Source: Felis catus (lineage: Eukaryota). Taken from it: a DNA stretch of 64,000 nucleotides. The notes under the pieces are model-generated. The model saw nothing but the letters and a program-made list of their open reading frames with translations, was not told the origin of the DNA and ran no database searches. Shown here one piece after another: positions 25,706 to 37,668 of this stretch. How positions within the stretch are numbered: the stretch's first letter is position 1; each line of letters begins with the position of its first letter. The stretch covers positions 133,612,001-133,676,000 of the forward strand of contig NC_058368.1 of the NCBI RefSeq assembly GCF_018350175.1, read 5' to 3'. A program made the translations under genes and the position numbers.

Positions 25706-28134
25706 AAGGCTTCCCTAGGTTCTTAAGCCCTGTTCTTGCCAGAATAAAGAATATCTCTAAATTGATTTTGCCTCCTTACCTTAAATACCACTAATTTCAA
25801 CAATGAGAGCCTGTTTATTACGCCCATTATGCCAATCCGGAAGCCACTGATTTTGACTTCAGCAATGAAAACCCATTTCGTGATGCCAATTGGCAAAACC
25901 TCTAGTGTTGACTGAAATGTGGATACCTCTGATGTAACACTAGTTGACCACTCTGGGGTAGTAAATTGTGATCAGGGCCACTGACAGTGGTTTAGGGGAT
26001 AAATATAACCAATGAATAAAATTACATTGCTTAGGCTGAAATATTTGGAAGTGGACTCCAGATGTCATAGCCCTTTGTTACATTTGTTAAATGCCTAGGG
26101 CATCCCCTCCCCAAGCTCCTTCAGATGATTTGCTTTGGTTCATAACGCTTGTGATGAAGTCATGGAAGTTCTGTTGGTGTGTGAGGGGAAGAAATAAGCC
26201 AGCTTTGAGTAAGTTGGATGGTTTCATCATGTCAGAAGTGAATTTTGCTGAAGTAGAGCACAGCTCAGAATATACGAGGTCTTTCTTGGACCGCACCTAA
26301 GAGTTTTAGCTATTGAGGCACTAACACATCATGTTATACCCAGTAGGTCCCCTTGGTCAATGGTGTTCTAAGGACTCCACTCAGCATGTGCTTTTGTTCC
26401 TCCTCTTTGTTTCTTCTCGTATTCCTTTCATTCTTCCTTGGCATTTTTAGAAATACTGTGCCTCACCATGCAATGTATTCCCTATTACACTACAGGTTAC
26501 CTGATTTTCTTTTAACGGCGGCGAGACTCTTTTTGTTGTTTTGTTTTGAGCAAGAGTCATGGCTTCTTTTTCTAGATAGACTTTAAGAGGAAGTCATCAA
26601 ACTACTGTAAAGAAGTTACCTGGTGCCTTAATGTGCTATGTGAATAGGTTCAGCCATGTTGCCAAATAAGGTTTAAGGGTCAAGTCCTTTTCTCCCCCAA
26701 ATGCCGCAGTACTAGAAATTTGAGAAGAGCCTAAAAATCTTTACATAGGAAGTGAGGGGGGAAGCCACTGTTAGCTGTGTGGATATGTTACTTGGACAAT
26801 AAATAGCAAATGGAAATGTGCATCTGTGTAGCCGGTGACCTTTCATTATAAGCACATTGCTTTAGAATCTGCACTGTATCATTTTCAATTCAGTAACCTG
26901 AGCTGTAGTAAAGAGCTCTTGCAAATTACAGGTGCCCACCTTCTGGGGGTCAGAAACAATTTATGGTAAACCAGCTGCCAGATCTCTTGAGGGCACTGAT
27001 TTTGTTGGGAGTCGGTGTTGTGTAATCTTGAAGGAAGTGTGATCAGGTAGAAATGTTCAGTTTCCCTACAGCAGAGTTAGGTGGTGGAAGAATATACTAG
27101 CCTGGGCTGTGCATTGGGACTTGCCATGAACCAGCTTTTGGGGTAGCCATTTAACACTGAGCCCCCATTGCTCTAGATTTCTCATCTGTTAAATGAGAGT
27201 ATATGAAATGTCCTCTTCATCAAGCCAAGCAATTATTTTTCTTTTCCCTCAAGGCTATTTATAACTAGTCACTTCACCATTTAGTCTGAGATTTTTGAAT
27301 GGCATTTCTCAGTCCTAAAGCCCATCTATCTACCAATGACATCATTCCTCATTACTTGCAAAGCATTATTATTAGGAGTCTCCTATCATTGTCTTCAGTG
27401 GAAGTTAATTTTTAGAACAGAATTATGTTAAAGCTATGGGGAAAATATGGACCAGACATAAGGGGCTCATTGTCTGCTCAAGGAATTGGCTTTTTTTTTT
27501 TTTCAGTCTGGATTTTTTTTTTCTCTCAGTCTTAGAAAGGCTTTTGTGCTTTAAGTATAGGAAAACAAGCTTTTAAATCTGTTTTATTTGAATAAGAGTA
27601 AAGGGGTAGGAAGAAATCAAAGGTAAGTAATGTACCTCTGATTGGCTAAGCTTGTCCTCTGGGAATTTCTAAAATGTCTTTCACTTTGAGAATATGCTCA
27701 CCTGTCTATCCCACAGTATGAATGCTCTAACACAGTAAATGAACAAAGAATGAAGCAAAACGAGCACTCGGAATAATAGTTCAAAGACCACAGTGCAGTT
27801 ATTTGTGGAGCTGGTAAAGGCCTCTGTTAAATAAAAATCAATTTGATATGGGAGCATCAGGGACATGATCTGGGGAGACGGGAGGTCCACAAGGAAAGAA
27901 CACAGGAGAAAACAGAGGATTACTTTTCACATCCTCTGGCATTTCAGCACAAAAGGATGATGAAGAGTTATTCTCAATGAGCTGTCATTTTCTGTTGGTG
28001 GCTTTGCTGATCCAGAACAAATAGGTTCATAAAGATCGTACTTAAAATTAGAGCATGTGAGAGTAAATAGTGGTAGGCATACCATCTAATAAATTTCAAA
28101 ACCAGACGGTATTGGAGCATTCTGTCCTCTTTTA

Positions 28135-28359
28135 TTTTATTTTTTATTTTTTAATGTTTATTTATTTTTGACAGAGAGAGAGAGAGACAGAGCATGAGCG
28201 GGGGAGAGGTAGAGAGAGAGGGAGACACAGAATCCAAAGCAGTCTCTAGGCTCTGAGCTGTCAGCACAGAGCCGGACGCCGGGCTCGAGTTCACAGACCG
28301 CGAGATCGTGACCTGAGCCGAAGTCAGACGCTCAACCAAGTAAGCCACCCAGGCGCCCC
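28135..28359 (-). mobile_element. SINEC
   Basis: 16-bp TSD attctgtcctctttta at 28119-28134 and 28362-28377. Confidence 0.95.
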
Positions 28360-28788
28360 TTATTCTGTCCTCTTTTAAAAACCAAACCAAACTTACCCTG
28401 AATGCACAGATCATCCAACTACGAAAAACCCACATGTAATTCTAAAATATATTGTTTTAGTCTGCTGTCGGGCCTGAAAATACGTTTTACTAATTCTCAG
28501 CAATTTCTCTACCTTTTTCTAATGAGAATAAGGTTTATAAAACCTGGGCTCCCCTGCTGGGAAAATCAGCCCAGAGCTATCTCAGAGCAGATGGTCTTCT
28601 TTTCTCATGACCATAAACATTTTAAGATTGATCCTTGTTTCACTTTTTTACCTGTCTGAAGAGTAAATGTCTTGGAGACCTTAGAAACCAGAAGAGGCAA
28701 GAAGCTATGGTGAGCAGAGTTCACAGTTGCATAGATGATGTGGAATAATGGCAATTTGAAATCAGGGCATTGTGTTTCTGTCTGTAAT

Positions 28789-28791
<3 letters not shown>

Positions 28792-28821
<30 letters not shown>
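28792..28821. repeat. Poly(A), ~30 nt
   Basis: Direct reading. Confidence 0.95.
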
Positions 28822-28823
<2 letters not shown>

Positions 28824-29199
28824 TTGATTATTGAACACTAAGGTATTTGGTTTTAAAATATCTACATTTTGAGCCTTATTATGTATGGAGTTGCTGGATG
28901 GTAATGAATACACGTTCCTAGTCCCAGGGATTTCAAGTGTTAAAGAGTAATTTCTTTTTTGGAGGATGTAGTACTTGTTACCCTAGTTTAAGGAGGTTGG
29001 AAGATGAGGAAAGGGTTGGAGAGGCCCGTTGGTGTCATGATTCTGGGAGTATTTTAGTCGCATGAAGTGTTGTATTGTGTAAACTTTTTTTACAAAGGCT
29101 TTTAGAGGTGGTAGATTTCCATCAGAAATTTTCGAGGCAGTTCATAGTTTCTGTTTGTTTTCACATCAGCCATCTACAAATTAACGTTGGTGACACTTA

Positions 29200-29450
29200 A
29201 AATGGGCAGGAGTCCATATGTGAAACTTACCAGCTGTGTCTTTGGACCAACCATCGAAAGAAAGCCTCAGTTCCCTCCTCTGAAAATTGAGGAACAAAAT
29301 AATACCCGTCTTCTCAGATTGTTTTGAGGAGTAAATGAGATCATGGATGAAAAGTTTTTCGCACACAGGCGGTTAAGGACTGTCCAACAAATTGGAGCCA
29401 TCCTTGAAGTTATGATTACTGTTATCATGGTTGTTATTTAATTATTATTC
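29200..29450 (+). mobile_element. MIR
   Basis: gcctcagttccctcctctgaaaattgagga...gattgttttgaggagtaaatgagat. Confidence 0.65.
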
Positions 29451-30425
29451 AACCAGAGTTTTTTTCTTATTTTGTAAAATAAAGGGTTATTTTACACCAG
29501 CTGATTGTCTGCACTGTTAAAAGTGTGTACTTAGGAATGCGTACCATACACTCAGCAGTCTGTTAGGTGTGGAGGAATGTACCTCACAGGACTGGCTGCT
29601 TACCTTCAGGAATGTAATATAATTAGCAAATAAATAAAGCCAAGGCAATAATAAATTGTGTGGTAAACAGTATTAGTGCGGTATTGATTTTGAATCGAAA
29701 TCTGTGAGTGGCAATCAGAAAAGGCTGCCTAGAGCTCGTGAATTTTCATCTGGTCTTGAAGGAGGAACAGGACATTGTAAGCAGCATGAATGTAGACATG
29801 AACATTCCATACTGCCCACAGTTAAGTTGTCCGCCAGACCGGAATGGAGGGACTGTGACGCGAGATTGGCATGGAAGGCATGGCCTTGAGGTGACCCTCC
29901 ATGGGGAGGGTGCACACAGGCTTTGATATCAGGCAGATGTGTACTGGCTAGGAGGCTGAGGGAAAGGCTCGTCTTTCCTCATCAGTACACTGGGGGAATA
30001 ATACTCTCTCCCTCATCACGAAGGTTGTTGTACCAAAGTGGCCTCTTGCAGCCATCCCATAGAGTTGGAAGGCTGTTTAGGGGAGTAGACTGGCAGCTCT
30101 TAGTTAAACTGGGCGTGGTCTGCCCCACGGCCCAGCCATCTCAATCTGGAAAAAGTGGCCTCTGTCCAAGGACATGTGCACAGATGGTTCTTGCAACACT
30201 GTCGTTCCAGAAAGTTTGGGGGCATTGTGGGTGTACACAGTTAAGAATGCGACTGAGAAAATAGGCTGGATGCCTCTGTGTAACGCCCAGTGGTTGGAAA
30301 CAGCAGCCGGGAGGCCAGTAGCAATGAGGAAAGAGCCTAAAACATGTCACTGTGTGTAAACAAGTTTAAAACTTCACTTCTCTACTACCGCACTTTGATT
30401 GTCAGTTAAAAATAGATGTACAGCA

Positions 30426-30645
30426 GGGCGTCTGGGTGGCTCAGTTGGCGCCTGGCTGCAGCGTCGGACGTTGGCTCGGGTCATGATCCCGTGGTTTGTG
30501 GGTTCAAGCCCCGTGTCAGGCTCTGTGCTGACAGCTCAGAGCCTGGAGCCTGCTTCAGATTCTGTGTCTCCCTCTCTCTCTGCCCCTCCCCCACTCGTGC
30601 TCGCCTCTCTCTCAAAAATAAATGAACATTAAAAAATAAAATAGA
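30426..30645 (+). mobile_element. SINEC
   Basis: SINEC head, CT tract, A tail. Confidence 0.92.
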
Positions 30646-30949
30646 CACACACCATGTAATTGACATTTTTCTGGAATTCATGCAGATAGCTGAATACCCA
30701 TCCAGGGCATGTGAAAGGTTGCTTGGTGTCTGGGAATGAGTGGAAAGTAGTGTCAAGTAAATAAGCTGACGGGTAACCATCAGGGGCTCTGGGCTGAGCA
30801 GAATGATAAATGTCCACAAGCCACCGCCATCTTAGGCCAGGAGGTAACGTTGTCACGGAGACTCGTATGCTGTGCAAGTGAAATCAGCTTGGTGTGAGGG
30901 GAGGATTGCTACCACAGATCCTGGGATAGCTCACACTTACACAGCCCTG

Positions 30950-31156
30950 GCGTGTGCCCCACATGGTTCTGGGTGCTTTATACCCTGGGCTAATTCCTTC
31001 AGTCCTCACAGCAACCTTAGGAGGGTGGTACCTTAAGCACCATTTTGTGGGCAAAGAAACTGAAGCATGTTCTGAGCTTAGATTGCCTACACAAGATCCC
31101 ACAGCTAATAAGTCAGAAGCCAGCATTCAAACCCAGTCAGTTTGGCTTGGAGTCCC
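30950..31156 (-). mobile_element. MIR
   Basis: tcctcacagcaacct, cattttgtgggcaaagaaactgaagca, attcaaacccag. Confidence 0.7.
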
Positions 31157-31256
31157 AAAATTCAACGTGAGATTCTTGGCCATGAAGAAAAGAATGAATC
31201 ACTTGTAATGTGGGAAGACATGATGCTCTGAGTGTGAGGTCTCTTGTCATAGCTGA
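31151..31256 (+). repeat. Left arm of a ~106-bp inverted repeat
   Basis: Reverse complement of 31968-32076 apart from 3 substitutions and one 3-nt indel (aligned by hand). Confidence 0.95.
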
Positions 31257-31967
31257 GGGAGGGAGGAATAGACAATTTCCCATACATTGTGCCCTAGGCA
31301 CATGTCTGGCAGTTGGAACTTTGTGGACACTTTTGTTTTTCATCGTGTATGTTGAGTGTCTCCATGTATATCATACTTTATGTTGAAATATCTTACACAT
31401 TCCGAAGTATACAGCTTGATGAATTTCTACAAACTGAACAATCCTGTGCAGTGAGCATCCAGATCCGGAAACAGAACAGGATGGGCGACCCCACTAAACA
31501 AAAACTTCTGTCATTTTTACTGGGCACTAAGTTATGATGCTGGAGAACAGCCTCATGAGGACTATAAGCCTTTACAAGCAAAAACAATCGAAATATAAAA
31601 CGTTCTAAAAAATTGCTGCAGTGGTTGGGTATTTCTAAAGAATAAGAAAAAAAAACCCTACTTTTCATTGATTTTCCCACAGTGAGTTGCTTCTGTGAGG
31701 TCTGACTGAGGAGCAGAGACAACGCGTGAAGGAAAGCAGGGAGGTCTTTCAGTGAATTGCCGGCAACCTCCTGTTATTAAAGCGTACAAGAAATGGAGCA
31801 GTGGACGTTAGTTAGACATAAATAGATAAAAGCTACTATGATTTGGATCATAAGGAGGATCTTCTAATGGGCAGATCAATGATATTTTCATCTCTGCTGT
31901 CAGTTTTTTCAACTCTATTGGGCAGCCATCTTTGATGTTCGCTCTCAGCTCCTGAGGGCCCCATTGG

Positions 31968-32076
31968 TCAGCTATGACAAGAGACCTCACATTCAGAGCA
32001 TCATGTCTTCCTACATTACAAGTGATTCATTCTTTTCTTCATGGCCAAGAAGAATCTCACATTGAATTTTGGGACT
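31968..32076 (-). repeat. Right arm of the inverted repeat
   Basis: As for the left arm; the ORF track shows the same peptide MTRDLT.RASCLPTLQVIHSFLHGQE on opposite strands. Confidence 0.95.
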
Positions 32077-32129
32077 TATATAGTGATCTTCTCTCCGGCA
32101 ACCTGTGTCCAGTTCACTGCCTCTGGCAG

Positions 32130-32230
32130 GAGAGCACAGAGAAGTTAAACAACTCGTACAAGGTCACAGAGCTAGGACAAGGGGAAGCCAGGGCTCAGAA
32201 GCAATTAGTCCCTGTACTTGGCCTCCATGT
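32130..32230 (-). mobile_element. Partial MIR
   Basis: gcacagagaagttaaacaactcgtacaaggtcacagagctag core. Confidence 0.65.
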
Positions 32231-33149
32231 TATATGCTTGGCCACCACCATCGTAGTGATGTGGTTTGAAGTGATCGGGTTCGGAGCTGCTGGCCAAGAA
32301 AGAATTCTTCAGTGCAGAAAGATTTTTCCCATGTAAATCATTAAGACAGTTGCAGACTGATGGAGTCTCATGTCCTGCATGACTGTGATCTCTACGTTAA
32401 CCATTTGTTTTTCCCTTTTCCTTGGTTCTTGGGCAGCCAGGAGTGCCTGAGGAATGTCACACATGCCCCGCCTTGGATGGGGCAGAGGGATAGCTTGTGC
32501 TTTGTCCTCAGCTTGCCTTTTGCTCTCTCATCATTAGGAGGGGCTCTGCCTCTTTCCCAGGGGGTGCTCTGTACCTCCCAGTATTTCTCAGGGTTCACAA
32601 GGAAGGCATCCGCTATCCTTAAGGTGTTGTTCTTTTTGCCTCAAGTGCCAGATACATCCCTTGGCCTACATACCACTCTCTTCCATTTGGTCATCCACTG
32701 CTATAAATCTCTGTATTGCTGCAAAGTGTCTGAAAAGTGTTTATGCTCCTTATCGTTGCTGTGTGTGTTTATCCCAATTTATGAGGATTTTGGCTTTGAC
32801 AGAATTCCACACTCCTCTAACAATTCAGTGAAAAATCGGGTAACAGGCCCCCCATATATTTTTTTTAATCCTAACATCTCTATACTTAGACACATACAAG
32901 TAATTCTGCGGGAAGTGGATTCTACTCATTCTGTAAGGTGTGATATAAAACCACTACTAAAGCATTCATATTATGGTGCTAAAACATATCTTTTGGAATT
33001 CAATGCCAGTAGAATATGCTTAGCATCCTTTTTGTAGTTAGATATTGGGACTTTGTGTTCTGATTGAAGGTTAGCACAGACTGCTGCCTTTTGAAGAAAT
33101 CCTACCTAGTCTTTTAAAACATATTTTTACTGAGATATGACATATATTA

Positions 33150-33204
33150 AAAATTTTTTCAATGTTTATTCATTTTTGAGACAGACAGAACATGATTGGG
33201 GAGG

Positions 33205-33238
<34 letters not shown>

Positions 33239-33364
33239 CCAAAGCAGACTCCAGGCTCCGAGCTGCCAGCACAGAGCCTGACGTGGGGCTTGAACCCACG
33301 GACCATGAAATCATGACCTGAGCTGAAGTCAGACGCCTACCCGACTGAGCCAACCAGGCGCCCC
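33150..33364 (-). mobile_element. SINEC
   Basis: TSD atatgacatata. Confidence 0.93.
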
Positions 33365-33442
33365 AATATGACATATATTTTAAGCTTGATATTGTCCTAC
33401 AGATCTTAGACATTGATTCTTCTGTAAGAGTAACACATACCC

Positions 33443-33638
33443 AGAGTGTCTGGGTGGCTTAATTGGTTAAGTGTCCAACTTTGGCTTAGGTCATGATCTC
33501 CTGGTTTGTGACTTCAAGCCCTGCATCGGGCTCTCTGCTGTCAACACTGTGAGCAGAGAGCCCACTTGGGCTCCTCTGTCTCCCTTTCTCTCCCCTTCCT
33601 CCACTTGAGCTCTCTCTCAAAAATTAACATTAAAAGAA
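33443..33638 (+). mobile_element. SINEC (older)
   Basis: TSD aagagtaacac(a/g)taccc at 33426-33442 and 33639-33655. Confidence 0.9.
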
Positions 33639-34789
33639 AAGAGTAACACGTACCCAAGATGTGCAGATGTCAATGAACTTTTATAAGTGACTCTACCCAT
33701 GTAACAGCCCCCCACAAAACAACAAAAACCCTTTTCAGAGCTGCAGTTTTCAGAATGTTTTAAATTTCTATTGTTATTTTCAAAGTTTTGTGTCTTTGCT
33801 AATACTGCTTTCCAGCACATGATTCATTATCCAGTAAAAGGTATTTGGTTTTGTTTGTCTTTGATTTTAAGAAAAGGATGGAATTGGGTTTCAAAACACT
33901 GATAAAAAGAAGAACAAACATAAAGATCATGGTCAATGTGGTTTTCAGCATTTCAGTTGCTGGAATTTTTACTTTAAGTCTGCTTGCAATGTGGCAACTG
34001 AAAACATTAAGGAGGAGAAAATACTTCCTTTGGCCCCTTGGTCTTCCTGAAAACAGGTTCTTACAGCAGTGATCTTTCTCCAGTTGTTTTTTTTTTTTTT
34101 TTTTTTTTTTCCCAGCTGGCAAAGGTTAAGTATGTGTACATAGGTGCATTGAATGGTTGTAGCTCAGCATCTTTTGTCCTTACGTGGATTTTTTCCCCCT
34201 AAAGGGCTTTAAAAAACTGGTAAATTACATTTGTTGACTTTTCTCAGAGTCATCAGAGACATGTGTGACACGTAAATGACCAAGATGAGATTACCAATTT
34301 ATTTGGAGGAAGGGGGTAGGAAATCTTTTTAATTTGGAGGTGAAAAGATCACAGAATGGGTTAAGTACAGGTTATCTAGTTTGGCGCTAGATTTATGACG
34401 AATTACCGAAATTGTGCTTTTGTCTTCAAGGATTTCTGTATCCTGCTTGCCTCTATATTCCTCTAGCCCTTAGGCAAAAAGAAAAGCATAAACAGCATCG
34501 CTAAAAAAGTAATTTAGACATTTAGCCAGGCTATTCTTATCCTGCCTGGGGATTCTGTGGATCCTAGTGGTGTTTTGGAAGGACTTTGTTTCGTAGAATG
34601 CTTGGAAAGAGCATCCCCAGCAGCTCAGACACACTTGGCTGGCTAATGCTCGCAGCCCAGGCTATCTTCTGGTAGGTGGATCGCATATTTAGATAACCCC
34701 ATTGTCTGTTTTGACACTTGTACGTGAATTTTTGAGGGGTGGCAGTGCATTGTCATTGCATCACACACTTTTTCCTGCTTCCTGCTTCC

Positions 34790-35390
34790 TGCCTGCAAAA
34801 GAGATTTAACAGTGATGTGCCCAAGTATGGTTTTCTTTATATTTATTCTCCTCAGGATTCACTGAGCCACTTGAATATGTGGATGGATGCCTTGCATCAT
34901 TTTTTTTTTTTTTTTGGACAGTCCTAGCCAGTGTCCTCTCAAATAAATGTCCTACCTCATTTTCTCTCCGCTCCTTCTAGGACTCTGTGTATACCTACTT
35001 AAGCTGTTGGATATTGTCCCACGGGTCTTACAGGGACTTTTTAGCTTTTGGATTTGTTGTGTTTTGCTTCTCTTGATGATTCATTTTGGAAAATACCTAT
35101 CATTTTGACTTAAACTTTGCTCCGCCCACTTGGCGGTAAGTCCGTTTCATTCTGGTGTCTTATCTTTTAGTGTAGCCTTTTCCCTTTTGTTCTTCATTAC
35201 ATGACTGTAGTTTTTACCTCTGTATAGAAATCACCTATGTGTTTAATGATGTTGTTGTACATGTTTGCCCCTGTATCCTTTAGCATAGTTACTTTTGAGT
35301 CTTTGTCCAGTAACACCCAGATCTTGGTTATCTGCCCATCCATTTGCATTGCCTGTTTCTCTTCTTGTCTGTGGGTCACCGCGATATCGA
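34790..35390 (-). mobile_element. Ancient L1M/HAL1-like fragment
   Basis: tgatgtgcccaagtatggttttctttatatttattct motif resembles the antisense 5'/ORF1 region of old L1s. Confidence 0.5.
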
Positions 35391-35710
35391 GACCCAGCTC
35401 AGGTGAGAGCAGAAGTAACACCCCTGGCAAGGTGTGTGACATAGAAGAGACACATTTTCTCTGGACCTGTGTATTATTTACCTCAGTTTCTACTGATTTA
35501 TTCAAAATGTTTGACCTACTCAAAATTATGGAGTCACAAAGCAGCAAACCTCCTATTTCTAAGGTTGACGACAGACTGTTGCTGTTCCCTTAACAGTCAA
35601 AACCAGCTAGGTCAGCTACCACATTGTAGTTTTAAAAAATCATTTAAAAAGCTGAGAGCATAAATTAACCTGAAAAGAAAAAAGTGATAAACTTTATTTT
35701 TTTCGCTCCA

Positions 35711-37130
35711 TTTTTTTTTGTAATTTTATTTATTTTGTTTTTAATTTACATCCAAGTTAGCATATAGGGCAGTAATGATTTCAGGAGTAGGTTCCAGTGA
35801 TTCATCCCCTATGTATAACACCTAGTGCCTAGCAAGTGTCTTCCTTAATGCCCCTTGCCCATTTAGCCCATCCCCCCACCCACAACCCCTCCAGCAACCC
35901 TGAGTTTGTTCTCTGAATTTAAGAGTCTCTTATGTTTTGTCACCCTCCTTGTTTTTATATTATTTTTTTGCTTCCCTTCCCTTAGGTTCATCTGTTCTGT
36001 ATCTTAAATTCCCCATGAGTAAAGTCTTTGTCTAATTTTGCTTAGCATAATACCCTCTAGTTCCATCCACGTAGTTGCAAATGTCAGGATTTCATTCTTT
36101 TTGATGCCGAGTAATGCTCCATTATATGTACATACTACATCTTCTTTATCCATTCATCTGTTGATGGACATTTGAACTCTCTCCATACTTTGTTGTCGAT
36201 AGCGCTGCTATAAACATTGGGGTGCATGTGCCCCTTTGAAACATAACACCTGTATCCCTTGAATAAATAACTAGTAGTACAATTGCTGGGTAGTTCTATT
36301 TTTAACTTTCTGAGGACCCTCCATACTGTTTTCCAGAGTGGCTGCACCAGTTTGCATTCCCACCAGCAGTGCAAGAGTCCTACCTCTTTCTCCGCATCCT
36401 CGCCAACATCTGTTGTTGCTTGAGTTGTTAATGGTAGCCATTCTGACATGTGTGAGGTGGTATCTCATTCTGGTTTTGATTTGTATTTCCCTGATGATGA
36501 ATGATGTTGAACATTTTTTCAGGTGTCTGTTAGCCAGCTGGATGTCTTCTTTGGAGAAGTGTCTATTCATGTCTTTTGCCCGTATCTTCACTGAATTATT
36601 TGTTTTTTGGGTGTTGAGTTTGGTAAGTTCTTTATTGATTTTGGATACTAACCCTTTATCCGATATGTCGTTTGCAAATATCTTCTCCCATTCTGTCGGC
36701 TGCCGTTTAGTTTTCCTGATTGTTTCCTTCGCTGTGCTTTTTATTTTGATGAGGTCCCAATAGTTCATTTTTGCTTTTGTTTCCCTTGCCTCCAGAGACA
36801 TGTTGAATAAGAAGTCGCTGCAACCGAGGTCAAAGAGGTTTTTGTCTGTTCTCACCTCTAGGATTTTGATGTCTTCCTATCTTACATTTAGGTCTTTCAT
36901 CCATTTTGAGTTTATTTTTGTGTATGTTGTTAAGAAAGTGGTCCAGGTTCATTCTTCTGCATGTCACTGTACAGTTTTCCCAGCAACCATTTGCTGAAGA
37001 GATGGTCTTTTTTTCCATTGGATACTCTTTCCTGCTTTGTCAAAGTTTAGTTGGCCATACATTTGTGGGTCCATTTCTGGGTTCTATATTCGGTTCCATT
37101 GATGTGAGTGTCTTTTTTTGTGCCAAGTTA
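35711..37130 (-). mobile_element. 5'-truncated carnivore/feline L1 (~1.4 kb) with broken ORF2 C-terminus
   Basis: Minus-strand ORFs: [46 protein letters not shown]; frameshifted; poly(T) at the left end. Confidence 0.95.
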
Positions 37131-37459
37131 TAAATTCTTGAAGCAAGAGGCCCATGGCTAGCTCTCAACCATGGTGGAATGGCAGGACAGGGAGGAAACA
37201 GCCAAACTTACACTTTTCATGTCTTGTTTTACTTCATATCTTCATTCATATTGTTGAGAGTAATGGTATCTTGTGATGGTCTACATCCTAAGTGGAAATG
37301 CAAGTCTCATAAATAGTAAATAATGTTCAAGGAGATCAGGAAATCTGCCAGTGGTAAAAAGAGAACAAAGATAAGTTCTTGGCCATTGATAAATGGGAGA
37401 CCAGCTCTGTGATTCCATTGCTGTTATAAATATAGACATAGTAATAAGGTTTTTTTATT

Positions 37460-37668
37460 AAAATTTTTTTTAATGTTTGTTTATTTTTGAGAGAGACAGA
37501 GCAAGAGTTGAGAAGGGGATGAAAAAGAGGGAGACACAGAATTCGAAGCAGGCTCCAGGCTCTGAGCTGTCACCATGGAGCCTGACGTGGGCCTCAAACT
37601 CACAAACTGTGAGATCATGACCTGTGCTGAAGGTGGATGCTTAATCGACTGAGCCACCCAGGCGCCCC
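37460..37668 (-). mobile_element. SINEC
   Basis: Ends caggcgcccc. Confidence 0.92.

Noticed and set aside
31151..32076. MITE or DNA transposon with long TIRs
   Set aside because: No TSD outside the arms and the left arm merges with a host MIR; not fully excluded without a copy-number search.
32360..33037. 225-aa ORF, the longest in the window
   Set aside because: Leu/Ser/Cys/Phe-rich, no recognisable domain or splice support; expected by chance.
36135..37018. ORFs with clear protein similarity
   Set aside because: Frameshifted L1 ORF2 remnants, not a host gene.
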